A stretch of 64,000 nt of DNA, from the NCBI RefSeq assembly GCF_964204645.1, contig NC_134035.1, forward strand, positions 4,464,001 to 4,528,000. Direction: 5' to 3'. Below are positions 23,411-36,390 of this stretch, piece after piece. Each line of letters begins with the position of its first letter. The stretch's first letter is position 1. The position numbers and the translations under genes are program-made. Source of the DNA: Tubulanus polymorphus. Lineage: Eukaryota > Animalia > Nemertea. The notes below the pieces were generated by a model that was not told the DNA's origin, did no database searches, and saw nothing but the letters and a program-made list of their open reading frames with translations.

Positions 23411-24361
23411 ATGGCCATCGTCAATGTCACCTTCTTGCAACCAATCGGTCGCCCTTACCACACGTACTTCGCTTTGAAAGCCATCGCGAAACTATCCGGT
23501 TCGAACAGAACAGTGGCGCTGATCACTTTTCCGATCATATTCATTCTAGGTACGTTCGGCAACACGGCCAGTTTCCTGGTGATGAGTAGCCGAAGATTCA
23601 GACGATTTTCATACGCGAATTACTTGATGGTCTTGTCCGTTGCCGATCTATTACTGACCATCAGTATGTCCGGTATGCCGTTGTGGGATTTCGCGTTGAG
23701 AAACGTTAATTTCTCCAGTCTCGGACAGTGTTTAGCTTACGAATTCGTATTCAAACTCGCGTATTCCTGGAGCACGACTATAATCGTTTTTATTACGGTT
23801 GAAAGAGTCCTCGTTGTTGTTTTTCCGTTCACATCGCGGGTTATATGCACGGTTAAATGTTCTCGCCGCGTCATGTTAGTTATGGTCGTTCCCAATTTCC
23901 TAGTCGCCAGTCACACGTTTTTCGGTATGCGGTTTTCCGACGAGCTGAAATGTCACTATTACAGTTTCTACTTCCAGAAACAGATCTACACTTACCTGAA
24001 CGCCTTTTACTACGTCGGTCCAAGTGTGCTCCTGATCGTTTGTAATTTGGTAATCGTGATTTTCATGCGGCGTGGTTTAAAAGTCGGGGAGACCGGACGA
24101 AAGACGGCTAAAGCCCGCCGTACAACCATAATGCTGATGACGGTGTCTCTGACCTTCGTGGTTACCACATTGCCCAACACGTTCACGTCGTTTCTACCAA
24201 TTCCCGATCATACCGTCGATTATTTCTACACGATATTCACGATGGTTACGACGTTGAATTACTCGTTAAATTTCTATATCTATCTATTACTGGGGTCTGA
24301 AGTCCGCGCGTTCGTAACGGAGAAGATTACCTGCAAAACCGACGCGAAGATTGCTCGGTAA
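23411..24361 (+). CDS. Intronless class A GPCR, paralog 3
   Basis: 316 aa, colinear with the other two paralogs. Confidence 0.93.
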   Translation: MAIVNVTFLQPIGRPYHTYFALKAIAKLSGSNRTVALITFPIIFILGTFGNTASFLVMSSRRFRRFSYANYLMVLSVADLLLTISMSGMPLWDFALRNVNFSSLGQCLAYEFVFKLAYSWSTTIIVFITVERVLVVVFPFTSRVICTVKCSRRVMLVMVVPNFLVASHTFFGMRFSDELKCHYYSFYFQKQIYTYLNAFYYVGPSVLLIVCNLVIVIFMRRGLKVGETGRKTAKARRTTIMLMTVSLTFVVTTLPNTFTSFLPIPDHTVDYFYTIFTMVTTLNYSLNFYIYLLLGSEVRAFVTEKITCKTDAKIAR

Positions 24362-25010
24362 AATTCGATAGAAAATTACCCGGCAATTTTTCCCAATTAT
24401 TATCATCCAAGTTCGATTTTAGTGAAGGGAAAATTTGTTTTAATGGTCCATTGTTGTAGAAACGTTATGGAATTTGCTCGTAAAATGGACGAAGATTAGT
24501 CAATCAATTGTGCATTAAATCGTTACGGTGTGGAAGGTCGTCGAATATGATATAATCAAAGTTGCATGATTCATATATTCAATATATTTCACATCCCCCC
24601 GAACGAGACCAGTTTCTAAGTCTTATTTATTTTTCATAATACTTTGTACTTTCCATCCTTTGCAAAATATTTGTTTTATTACTTTGAAATATAATAGTTC
24701 AATCATCCGTAAATACCCGTTTTCACTTGTGCTAACTTAAAACCTTATCGGTAACTTCACACCGCGTTTAGAATAGTTACTTCCAGAATCTCGATATTAG
24801 GCAACCAACTACATAACAGGATCAATCCCTGTTTTAGGATCAAAATCGAAATGGTTCCTCCGTTTCTAATGCGCGGTGCCGGCAGCGAAATCGTGAGCAA
24901 AAATTAAAACACGGATATGGACTTATGTATTCGAGTCCAGTCTGACAGTCCTACAATTCATTCAACTGGTTACCTCCGCTAGCCAACAATTTATCGAAAA
25001 TTCCCCGAAA

Positions 25011-28000
25011 ATGGCCGACGCTGAAAAAAGTTCGAAAATTGAACAGTTCAAAAATCTGACAGGTGTCGACGACGGTAGAGCCCAGTTTTATTTAGAATCG
25101 GCGGCCTGGCACCTGGAGGTAGGTTGAATCTGATCCGTATCTACCTGTCGATTATCGCTGGCCGGGTTGAAGCGGTTTCGAATTAGATTTTATCCGGCAG
25201 AAAACTGAATTGTCATGCTACTACTATTAAAAGAAATTCAATACAAATCGATCATTTTATTGCGCTGATTTTCATAATCGGATGAATTAACAATAGAGAT
25301 TTCTGGTGCAGTAGTGTATTGGAAGAGGGGGAGGGGATTTCTGAATACAAAGAATCCTAGATCCTCCCTTGTAGTATTCATCCAGTTTCAATTTCAGTTT
25401 TAGAAACCAGTGGCCGGTTTTTATAGACTCTGGTTTATCTTTAAGCTGGGGGCTAACTCACTCGAAAATGAATCGAGTTAGCCCCGGGTTTAAGTTAACA
25501 CCAGTCTATAAAACCAGGCCCAGGTTTTAACTGGTCTGTGCTGCTCATCTAGATCTAACGTATGCGTATGTATACGTTGACGTAACCACTAGTTCTGGCA
25601 TTGATAGTGTAGTGTTCCGTCTCAGTGTGACCGATGACAGCGACTGACAAATAACTACAACGCATGATGACCAGACATTGCACCAACTTTATTATCATAA
25701 ACCGTGTCGACCGCGCACACCTGTACCCGGAAGTATTCTTATCAATACAATTCATACAATTGACACTGATACAATGATAGATGGCGCTTGCATCCAATCA
25801 AGCCCACTTCAATAGACGCAATGATAGACTGTCTCGTCTGTCACACATGCTCTCCATGTTTTGTTTTGGTCCGTAATTTCGTTGATAATCGGCTGATCTA
25901 CCTTTATTGTGCGTCAATTTTTTTTCAACGACGTCCATTCAGAAGTAAACAACAATTTTTGTGAAAGTTGTTTTTGTTTCCATTGATCAGCGATAGTTTT
26001 TCAGCCTACACTCGCGTAATGCTGAATGAAGAACTGATCCGCGGACGCTCAGAAACATTGCTATGATGTCATCACCTAATCATTAGCATAAAACAATGTA
26101 GGTGGCGCCACGTGACAGGCTGCCAAAGCCGCCTTTCAGCATTACGTGAGCGTATGCTAGTTCAACAATCGAGGATAGATGAAAACAAAAACAAATTTAG
26201 GCCCATGCCCATTCATAATTTATTTCTGAATGTAAATATCTTTCTAAACAAATTGATGCATAATAATCACGGATAAATCGATTATTAACGAAATTGCGGA
26301 CCAAAATGTCGTACGGAGAGCATACGTGTGACGGACAGTAGTTTATCATGCCCTCAAATTGTATCTATCATACCCTCACATACCCAACAAATGTGAAAGG
26401 AACCATGAACTAATCTTAACCCCCTGGCCTGGAGTCAGTGACCTAACAACTGAACAATCAATAAGTTTAACATCGCAGCTTTTAGTCAGAAAAAACATTA
26501 TGCTCTGCTCGCCACAAAAGGCAGATTGATTAATGGATGTCAAAATATTAGAATATTCTTGTTCTCACTCATGCTGTAATGACCAATTCCTACTCCGAAT
26601 GCCCCAGAATATACTTGCTTTGACGAAAATTATTGATCCCGCAATTTCTGAGATGAGCTTAGTCTTCTGTATGTCATATTGCAGCAGAGCCAACCCTATA
26701 GATGTCGATATTTACAGGTTGCTGTTGAAAGTTTCTATGAAAACGACGGTTTAGACGGTGATGACGACGACGATGTTCGAGTAATTCCGAATCCTGACCC
26801 GGAGGATTCCCCGGTAACGATGAACACCTCGCCGCAGGCAACTAGAAATACCAACAGGTCAGTTCGTTTATCGAGACACGTCCTGATAAACATCCCGTTT
26901 CTTTGAATCCTAGTCCCAAAGTCGATTCATGTTCGCCTGGGATCGATTTTTCGGGGATTTTTCTCCTAATCTTTTGAACACAATTTGGTCTTAATACGAC
27001 CAGTGAAACTGCGCAGTCTGAATAAAGCGCCTTTTTTATATACATTTTTTGGACTGTGGCCTACTGACTACAGTGGCCACTTTTGACCTAAGTGTTTAAA
27101 TACCTCCGGCACCTGAGGGACTGTTATTATCTAGGGTTTGGTCATTGAAGACTACGGGGCTGAGCCTATAAGAAAAGCAGGGCTGGTTTTAAGCTAAATT
27201 CGGGTTGAAAATGAAAAATCTGATATAATAAATACCGCCGGCCACAGTTTTCCGGCACTTAGGAGCTTATTGTCACCTAGGGTTTGGTTATTGCGGACTA
27301 AGGGGCTGAGCCTATAATTGCAGGCATTGCTGAATCGTAAAAACCGTGTTGTATTTTCGTTTAGGGTAACAACGTTTTCAAGTTTCCAGCGTAATGACCA
27401 GCCGGCTGAAGGCGAGGAAGAGGGCCAGATGTTTTACGCGGGAGGTTCCGAACACAGGTTTGTAGAGCGCTGCGTCATATATTCGATGAATACAGTTCAA
27501 CTTCACAAGTTGTCGTAGTCTTGGCGTTCTTTACGAAGACCACTGGGTATCCGAGTAAATTGAATTGGAAATACAAAATTGGTCCTCGAAAAATTGAAAT
27601 TGAAGGTGACGAGCAATTTGATGACAATTCACATTACAGTGTGGCCACGTAAAGGGAATTTTCTTTCTAGGTCAGGGGATTTTATAATAAGATAAAAAAT
27701 GTCAGGGAGATTTGTTGAGATTGCTAAATTGCTGGTACCGTCTATGTCTTTAGTATTTGAGTGTTTTGATCAATTGGATTCTTAGCACATCCATTCAGGG
27801 AAATTAACCTGCATGTATAGGGAATAGTCGGGGCAAAGTAAGTGGAATAGAAGTGGCCACCCTGACGATATTTGTTTATCGCGCATTTCAATTTGTGCTC
27901 ATTGCTGGGATTAGCTTATACCGCTGCTCTGATGACGATGGCACCAACATCTGTGAACGTTGATAATCCTGTCTGAAACTGAAGTTTTTCCAAGACACTA

Positions 28001-31000
28001 GGCTTCACAGAAATTCTAATTTCTACTTGTTTTCCAGCGGTCAAGCGATAGTTGGACCACCGAGGAAGAAAAAGCAAGGCTCAACCGCTGACGATCTTAT
28101 ACAGAACATGTTTAAATCTGCCAGAGAGTAAGTTCTGGGGCTTTCTTTTATTCATTAAACTACAATAATTTGATTTAGTAAACAAACAGAATACTGCCTG
28201 GTACCAAAGTAGATTGTGCTGACCTTGCAAAAATCTGGCTATGAACTGTAATTTAGGGATTGGGAAAAAGATCTTATTAAGAAAATAAAAACCTGAAACA
28301 TTGCGTTTCATTAGAACATTGTATAGCAAGTATGTCAGGAAATAACACAGAATTGGGAAGATAGGTCGGCGGATTAGGTTGAAGGTTATTCGGCGTATTT
28401 GAATCGTAATTGTTTTCTTGATCAGACACGGAGCCGAAGATGTCGGAATGGATGAAGCGATCGGTCAAAAGAAACGAAATAAACCGACGTTTAAAGGCGC
28501 CGGATATCGACTCGGTGAGACGCCTGACGATTCGGAGAAAGTTTCCAGCGGTCCAGTAGACGAACCGCAAGAGGTATGTTCATGTAGGGCTGTCAGTTTG
28601 GTGAAACACTTTGTTCTATCTTGCTTAAACCAACTTCCGTTGTCGCTCCGTGTTAGACTTTAACATCTAACAAAACTATTGCAAAATTGAAATTTTCTAT
28701 TCGACATACGTAATCTGTGACACCTATAGTAGCCTGTGTGTATCGGTCATCTCTCCCTGAGAGGTCACATCCGAGCTGCTACATTACAGATCCCGCTCAA
28801 TTAGGATCATTATGACCAATCAGATGAATCCGGTTAATCATAAATTTGTATTTTACACAAATTTTTTGTGTGAAATGATATCCCGATTAGGTCAAAATCC
28901 AGATAAAACCAATTCGAATGAAGCGGGTCTGGACTGTACAGCTATCGGTCAGGCAATTATCCATTCACAACCGGGGATATTACGTGCAATTAAGTATCTT
29001 GACCATGGGCTCTACATTAATTACACCTAAGTCTTTTCAAATAATTTTAGCTCTTAAATAATTTCTTCATTAATCAATTGAGAACTAATGATTTTTTGTC
29101 CAAAATCGCACACCCAAACCACACTCCAACTCCTGTGAATGAAACATAATAATTGTTTGTTGTTCGTAAACAGATCGATGTCACTATAACGTTCTGGAAA
29201 GATGGATTTAGTGTTGATGATGGTCCTGTACGTGATTTCATGGATGAAGCGAACAAACCGTTTCTGGATTCGATCGCGAGAGGGTAAGAACTTAACTCAC
29301 AATGGCTGCAGTCATATCATCTTTTGATTTCTCGACCGCTCCTTAGGAAACAGTTCAACACATCGTATGATTATATTACGATGAAGAGTCTTCACCGAAC
29401 TGGCATGGAAAACTGGTCTAGCGCGATTCTAAACGAAAATAATGGCGATTTTTTTTCAATCAGGGAAATTCCGATGGAATTAGTTCGACGGGCAAAAGGA
29501 GGTGAAGTCAACGTGAATATGGTCGACAAGCGGACAGATGAGTTCACGAAACCGAAAAAGAACACTCGTGCCTTCACCGGCGAGGGACGTATGCTAGGAA
29601 GGTCAGTTTTGCGGACAATATTTCTAATTCTTGCACCTCTCCTGATTCTGAAATTAACTCTTGACTTTGTGGTTAAAACTTCAGGGGGCAGTTAGGGTCC
29701 GTTCTAAAGAATGAAAGCCACTTGCCCGAGGGCAAGCGTAGCTGAAATTTCACTTCATAAGTCCAGTTGCCTTACACAGGCAGTCCGACTGGCGGCACAA
29801 TCATCCATTGTATGGATTGGGTAAAAAGCTTTGAGACAAAGAATTGCACCAGCTCGGCTGACTAGTGAAAATGATAACCTACTACTTGCCCTAATTAGAA
29901 TATACTTGTCGCGGGCAATCGAACAATGCTTAGATCAAACCCTGCATAGTCATGGCTTCGATTGAAGACCAGTTAAAGATAATCTTTGTTCTATTGCCAA
30001 TCTGAATAATTCATAAGATTTAAGACTACTTTTCGACTTGAACTAGCAGATTGGGTCAGGAAATACAATCCACTTTATATTAGAAGACAAATTATTTTAG
30101 CTGATTAAGATGAGACAATGCCTCATTAATTGATGCTTAAAGGTTATTTCCAAGGTCCTCCTTCATAAACACAGTTGTAAGCGTTATTTGCATTAGGAAT
30201 TGTGGCCAATTATTGACATGCCTCATAAACTGTACGTTCAGCTCTACGTGTGTCTTAACATTCAGCCCGTGTCCAGCTGTAGCGGTTACGAACACGACGT
30301 CCGACAAGTTAAAACAAAACCAGGACAGCGCGCAATCCGAAATCTCAGTCGATGCTAGTCAACCTACTACGCAAATACAAATACGCCTTTCAGACGGTTC
30401 GAGGTACGTTTCATTTTTCAACCATTTCAACTACAGTCAACCCCTGATATACCGCCCTGCGATATACTGCTACCGCCAGGTTTTCTTAATGTACATCTCA
30501 ATACAAATACATAGTAAAACACCCCCGATAAACGCCATACTCTCTATGTTGCCAAAATCGTTCTGCACCGATGTGGGCGGTATATCGGGGGTTGAATGTA
30601 CTCGGATTTTACGCCCAGTTTGTTCTGTTAGTTCGTGCATGCATCATCCGCTCATTTCCTACGTGTAAGCAATGCTCAAATTTGTGTGCTGGTATTTCAT
30701 GAACTTTTTCTGAACTGAATTACGATAACTGTAAATTTCACTGGGGTTTTGCAGACTGGTGGCGAAATTCAATCACACGCATTCGGTCGGTGACATCAGA
30801 AGATATATTTGCACGTATCCTTTTGAAAAACTAGGCCTCTATGAAACCCGAACCTTCTTCACCGCCTCGCTAGGGCTAAATAGCTGAACTATGGTGTACT
30901 TTGACTCAAGACTAGTTCTGGTAAATGAATCAATTGAGTGGGATCGATAGGGTTAAAGACTGTATTCATTACTCGGGCATTGATTAAATCATACTTTTTT

Positions 31001-31661
31001 GGACAATTCTAAAGACTTACCTTATCGTTACATCTCATAACAAAAAAAGAATTATAAGAAGAATTTTCTGCAGTGTGGAACTCTACTTAGAATTTAATTA
31101 GTTTCATACTGGATTGAACGTACAGATTATCTGGTCTCCTGAAGTTCGTTGTAACAAGGTTCAGTAAATTCGTTTTGTTATGGATTTTAAAAACTCAAAC
31201 GCCGCCACTGACCTGGAAAACTCAGGGCATCAGAAAATTCTAGTAGAATCAACTGGGGGAAAACTCCGGGAATTTGGATGTGTTATTCACCAAGCGTTTC
31301 TTTATCAATATGTGACGCATAAAAAAAGAAGAATAAACAGTAACATTTTAAACCAAGAAATTTCTCTAGACTCACTCACGGAATCTATTCTGATAACGTA
31401 GAAAACATTTGTGAATTGGAAGTAATTTGTATTAGTGGAAAGTGGTTGCCCTGTAACGGTATACGTTTTATACTATATATTATTCATCGTTGTAATGTTA
31501 TGAGATTTAACCGTACGATTGAACTCAGAGCTCGTCCAGAATTCGCATCGATGTCGTTCGTGTTGATGACGGCGTATCCGAAAAACGAACTCACCGACAA
31601 TTCGGTGAAGATTAACGAAGCGAACCTCTTGAACGCGGTTATTATTCAGCAGATGCGATAG
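25011..31661 (+). CDS. NSFL1C: NSFL1 cofactor p47 (UBA-SEP-UBX adaptor of p97/VCP), 10 coding exons
   Basis: Exons 25011-25118, 26718-26857, 27365-27457, 28038-28127, 28426-28573, 29174-29283, 29464-29601, 30266-30403, 30755-30814, 31529-31661, all GT-AG and in frame. Motifs AQFYLESAAW (UBA), FYAGGSEHSGQ, FWKDGFSVDDG...GEIPMEL (SEP), FTGEGRMLG (SHP), IQIRLSDGSRL...FNHTH...EANLLNAVI (UBX). Confidence 0.93.
25412..25520. mobile_element. Palindromic MITE in NSFL1C intron 1
   Basis: GGCCGGTTTTTATAGACT...GGGGCTAACTC / GAGTTAGCCCC...AGTCTATAAAACCAGGCC. Confidence 0.75.
25821..26349. mobile_element. Non-autonomous DNA element with long imperfect inverted arms
   Basis: TTTTGGTCCGTAATTTCGTTGATAATCG versus CGATTATTAACGAAATTGCGGACCAAAA; inner arm CTCGCGTAATGCTGAA versus TTCAGCATTACGTGAG. 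Confidence 0.7.
27105..27317 (+). repeat. Two ~65-bp direct repeats in NSFL1C intron 2
   Basis: TCCGGCAC...CTAGGGTTTGGT...GGGGCTGAGCCTATAA occurs twice. Confidence 0.75.
27637..27864. mobile_element. MITE
   Basis: TIR CAGTGTGGCCAC / GTGGCCACCCTG with internal CAGGGAA-like motifs. Confidence 0.65.
30434..30598. mobile_element. Tc1/mariner (pogo/Tigger-like) MITE
   Basis: TA-CAGTCAACCCCTGATATACCGCC ... GGCGGTATATCGGGGGTTGAATG-TA. Confidence 0.8.
30815..31528 (+). other. Probable U12-type (minor spliceosome) GT-AG intron in NSFL1C
   Basis: Donor GTATCCTTTT; TTTAAC branch-like motif ~20 nt before the AG; no polypyrimidine tract. Confidence 0.75.
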
Positions 31662-33596
31662 ACCGAAAAACTCGCAGCCGTAAACGAACTGTTTAATAAT
31701 TCGAACAACGACGACAGAACTTTTGAAATAATTCACGTGCTTTATAATCGACGGGTGGATATCGTGCGAAGTTCACAACCGAAACGGGATTCGAAACGGT
31801 TCGGGAATTGATAAGTTACGCCGGCATTTCGGGATTTGGCTGTAACCGGTCGTGAGATCGACGCCGTGTACGAATTTTCGATTAATATATGTTTTGGTTG
31901 CGTGTGTTTGTGTATTGTTCGACAGTAGACTCCCATTGTCTAGAATCCGGCGAGACCGATGAATTTGCGCCGAGGTTCACCAGTTCCCAGTTCCGGAGCG
32001 GTCGGAGCTGGGATAAACGTTATCATTAGAATTGAAGTGAGAAGATTTGAAATGCAGTCAAACCCGCTTAATTCGAATTTCGTTCCAATCCGGACAATAT
32101 TTGCAGTCCATTTATTCATTAATATACCAGAAAATCGCTTTTCATCAGGATTTCCCGTAAACCGGATGGATTTTGTTTGTCACAAATGGTCCGAATTAAG
32201 CGGATTCTACTGTACACGTGTATCGGGTAATCTGAAGCAATGGATTCCCGGGTAAACGGAGTCTACTGTTCTTATTCACAACCCGTTCACTGTAATTTTT
32301 GTAAAATTGGCCAGAAAATCTCTTCATGAGTAGCTTTCACCTATGAAGCTAAGATGAAGAAATAATGCGGGTTATTGAAACGCAGTACGTGTGCCCTCTA
32401 TATGTTGGATTGGGAGTCGATTTGATTAAGTAATTGTTAAATACAGAAGCTACTCCCAAGTAAATTTTTAATTGTAACTTTTTCGTGGAATAATTCGTTT
32501 CCAGTATGATGTATGGCTCTCCGGATGATACCGGCTTGAAACAATGATTGAATAAAAAGACTGTAATTAATTGAATCGTTCAGTGCATTATTAAAGTGTT
32601 ATATACGTTTACTTGTACGATTTCACTTGCGCGAAATAAAATTTCGATTTTATAAAAGTTTTATTCGTGAGGAGTTCGGTTTGTACCAGATTCATTGGCT
32701 AGAAGAGGAGACTCATAGAATAACGCTATCTAATGAAAATGCACGGAAATTTTCCAGACCATTGTTCTTGCTGCGTGGTTGCCCTTTCTCGTTATATAGG
32801 TCCTTCTTTACTATACTCTTTTCATTTTGTTGTGCTCCTGTCAAAGTCTGCCCCTTGATCCGCCCTTGATAAACTATGAATGAACATATATTGTGAATAC
32901 TGTATTTTGGGGTCAGAAGCAAATGATTGATTTCATCTATAGAAATGAATAGTTAAGGACAGTCCTACACAGTTCCCAGTCTATTCATCGTTTTCATTGT
33001 GAAGTAATATAGGCCAAATGAATGCACCGCTCCAATGATCATCTATACGAAATATACTAGACCTGAGTGTGTGACCTGTTATCTGGTTAGACTGTGGTTG
33101 TTTGCTGGCAGGAGCGGTTCGTCTTGTCCAGGATACATTACATTACATGTTTGTGTAAGTTGAAATTATATTTGACCAGTTTAATTTTTCATGAATGTAT
33201 ACGTCGCTAATTCATCTATAATTGTTCGAGTATTATTTACATTTATTGCAGAAAGCGTACTGAACTGACGGTCGGACCGTGGCTGTTCGTTGGTGGGAGC
33301 TGTTCTTCGCTGGGAGTAGAATAGGACCCAAGTGTAAGTTGAAATGAGTTTAATTTATAAATTTACACTTCATGTGTATTCATCAAAGATATTGTTCGAG
33401 TTTTATTTACATTTATTATAGAATGACTTCAGACTGTTTGTTGATGGGAGGGGTCCTATATTTGTGAGTTGAAATTACATTTGGCCAGTTGTGGTTGGGA
33501 AGGCTATAGGTACTTTTCCGACTTAATCATTTCGATAATTGACTGAAATGTTATGGGAGACTCAGATAACCGTAGAAAGCGTTTATATCCAACTCC

Positions 33597-33611
33597 TATA
33601 TATATATATGT

Positions 33612-33675
<64 letters not shown>
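33597..33675. repeat. (TA)n microsatellite
   Basis: About 39 mostly TA units with two interruptions. Confidence 0.97.
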
Positions 33676-33678
<3 letters not shown>

Positions 33679-34193
33679 GAATTTATTCAAATATTTGGAA
33701 CAATTTCGCAGTTAAGATATTTTATATGAATGAGCTGGGTTAGTCTGGTTTAGTCTTATTAAAATGACTCGAAACGTAAGAGCATCTCCGCGATAACTGC
33801 TGCGAATTGAACGCTGAAATTTCTCATGAATAACCAGTGGGTGGGCGAGCAGAGAGTTATCGTGGCGGATTTTTGATTAATCCCCTCATTTTCGTGGGCT
33901 GGGGCGTGGGAAATTTTGTATTGCTCGGATCAATGAATGAGTCACTAGCGCTAGTGGCGCAGTGTTTAGTGAACTATCGGAGATGTCTATTACTAATTAA
34001 ATTTGTCAGTTTATGGATAAAAAATATAAATATAAAATATAAATCTATTCCGACGTATTTGAAATCTAAATGCTCATTTTTTGCAAGCCAGTGGTTATAT
34101 TGATGAAAAAACTTTACTTCTGATGTGCGGACGATTGCTCCACTGTACTAATTTGCGTAATAGAACACCGATCAGATAAACCAGATTTCTTAA

Positions 34194-34470
34194 CCCTTTC
34201 AAGGCTGACTTATTAATACCCTATAGTGCTGGAGATAGTTTGAAAATTTTGAATAATTCCACCCTAATGTGTTGAACAAAGGGAATACCACTATAGTGAG
34301 TCTACACCGCAGCGTGGTGTGTCGCTAGATACTGATATTTCACTTTGACAGGTTTTCAGTTTGACAGGTACTGCCATCTTTCAAGAGAGATAATTACTAA
34401 TTATATCAATACACCGCAGTGCGGTGTGCTTGCTAAATCCATCACTGATTTATACACTGCACTGAAAGGG
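34194..34470. mobile_element. piggyBac-type MITE
   Basis: TTAA-CCCTTTCA ... TGAAAGGG-TTAA; internal ACACCGCAGYG(Y)GGTGT hairpins. Confidence 0.8.
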
Positions 34471-35594
34471 TTAAGCATATAATCATAAAATGTATGGCTT
34501 CAATAACGCCTTCAGCGCTGCAGGCTCTGTGGTTTATGACCATACCTGCTCTACAGATGTTCATCTGGTGACCGGCGCTGGCTGGCTGGTCGGACGTCAA
34601 GGTTGATGCCGTGAGGTGGACAAACTACAGACGCTTGCCTATGCGGCTCCTAACGGCAGGGAATATCTGTCTTGATACAAATTTTAGCTAGTAGTGCATC
34701 ATCAACACAACTACGGGTGGATATTGTGACCAATTAGATATGAGAAATGAAAAACAATTTTGCGTTTGGTAAATCCCAAAATTGAAGAACTGACTGAGTT
34801 AACCGATTGTAAGTCAAGCCGGGCACGAAATGTTTTTCTGATGAAAGCATGAAGGACTAAAAGAATTTTTTTGAATTTAATGAATTTTGCAGAATGGGGG
34901 AGGGAGAATCCGTGCTCAAAGTCATTTTAAAATATCTTGGCTATGCAAAGTACTTTACCTGACGCTTAGACTTCACAAGGCCCATTGGCCTCTAGTTTTA
35001 TGTAGCTAGTCGCGCTTTACTGTGTCATATCGCATTTAATACCGCCCAATTGACCACATTATAACAAATCTCAGGTTTCGGACTTGACCTATCGATTTGA
35101 ACCAGCTCTTGATTCTAAACGATTCAGTAAAATGTGTTTCTTTTTTCAGATCTGCCATTCATCCATTTCTCATCATCAGGACCTGATTGCTGCCATCGAC
35201 GCACTAAACTGCCTCCAAACCTTTTGAATTAATGCATGCGGCACTGCACTCAGAAATTGGTGGTGAGTAGATGTATTGTTGTTATAAATTGACTACGATG
35301 TACATGTATCGACTTAAATAAAGAATTCTAATGGTGATTGTTGCGGTTTTTTGCAGAACCTCCTCAGGACCGGATTTCTGCCTTTACATGCTGACTACCC
35401 CAATGAATAAAATACAAAGTCGACCATCCTCAAGCAGGAGCCAATTGCTGCCGATATGCGAACTAAACCACCCTGGCCCGATAGATGACTCCTGGGATCT
35501 GAGTACTGTAGCTTGGAAGTCGCATCTCGCTAGTAAGAGTCACCTCATCGAAATACATCATGAATTGGTAAGTAGACATTTAAACTTTAAGCCA

Positions 35595-35915
35595 CATGGT
35601 TCCCACAGTACAGGGAAATTCGGAAAAACTTGAGAATTTTGAAACAATAATTCCCAGTTTTGAAATATTCGGGAATTTTGAAAAATGTTCCTCTAATCAG
35701 GGAAATATTTGGGAAATTCATTCACATTTCACGTATTGCATTTGTCAAGGGCAACTTACTTCAACGATTTCCCTTGAGAATCACCTCAACCAGTCACCAC
35801 TAAAATATTGTATGATGATATCTGTTCATTTCCATTTGGAAAAACTGAAAAATCACCCCTATAATACTTGGGATAAACTTGGGAATTTTTAATTCATGCG
35901 ACTGTGGGAACCATG
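35595..35915. mobile_element. MITE, absent from the duplicate copy
   Basis: Perfect 15-bp TIR CATGGTTCCCACAGT / ACTGTGGGAACCATG. Confidence 0.8.
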
Positions 35916-36390
35916 TAACAGACTTAGGTCGAATTTAAGCTTATTCAAAAAGATGGACCCTCGTCTCAGCAATCTCAGTTAATATAGACTCGATAACACT
36001 TCTCTAAACTTGAATTTATTTTTTTACCATTGATTAGCGTTAAGGTGAATGAGTTTCATAAATTTAATGGATATTCTATCGTTGCAATGATTCTGAAATA
36101 TCATTATATTCAATTAAAAACGATAATTCGATATCAAAGGATTTGAGTTAAGAGGAGTTTTAATGTATAGCGATTTATCGTGTAAAAGCGAACTTATGAT
36201 TTATTCCATGAAACCGTATTAAGAAATTCTACTTGTATAGATGTACGGTTCCGAGTCCAGAGATAACATCAAATGGTAGTTTTAAAACATACAACAGATA
36301 TCACCTTTTCTCAGGAGACTCGAGGAGGTTAGCTCGGTGGGCACAGGATGGCGCTCCGGGCCACCGGCGATTTCATTTTAACGACTGACT

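Noticed and set aside
10476-24045. Small overlapping or antisense ORFs conserved in the three GPCRs
   Set aside because: Shadows of the conserved GPCR coding sequence.
36325-36370. A-box-like GTTAGCTCGGTGG (also ~39800) as a tRNA or SINE
   Set aside because: No B box or cloverleaf follows.
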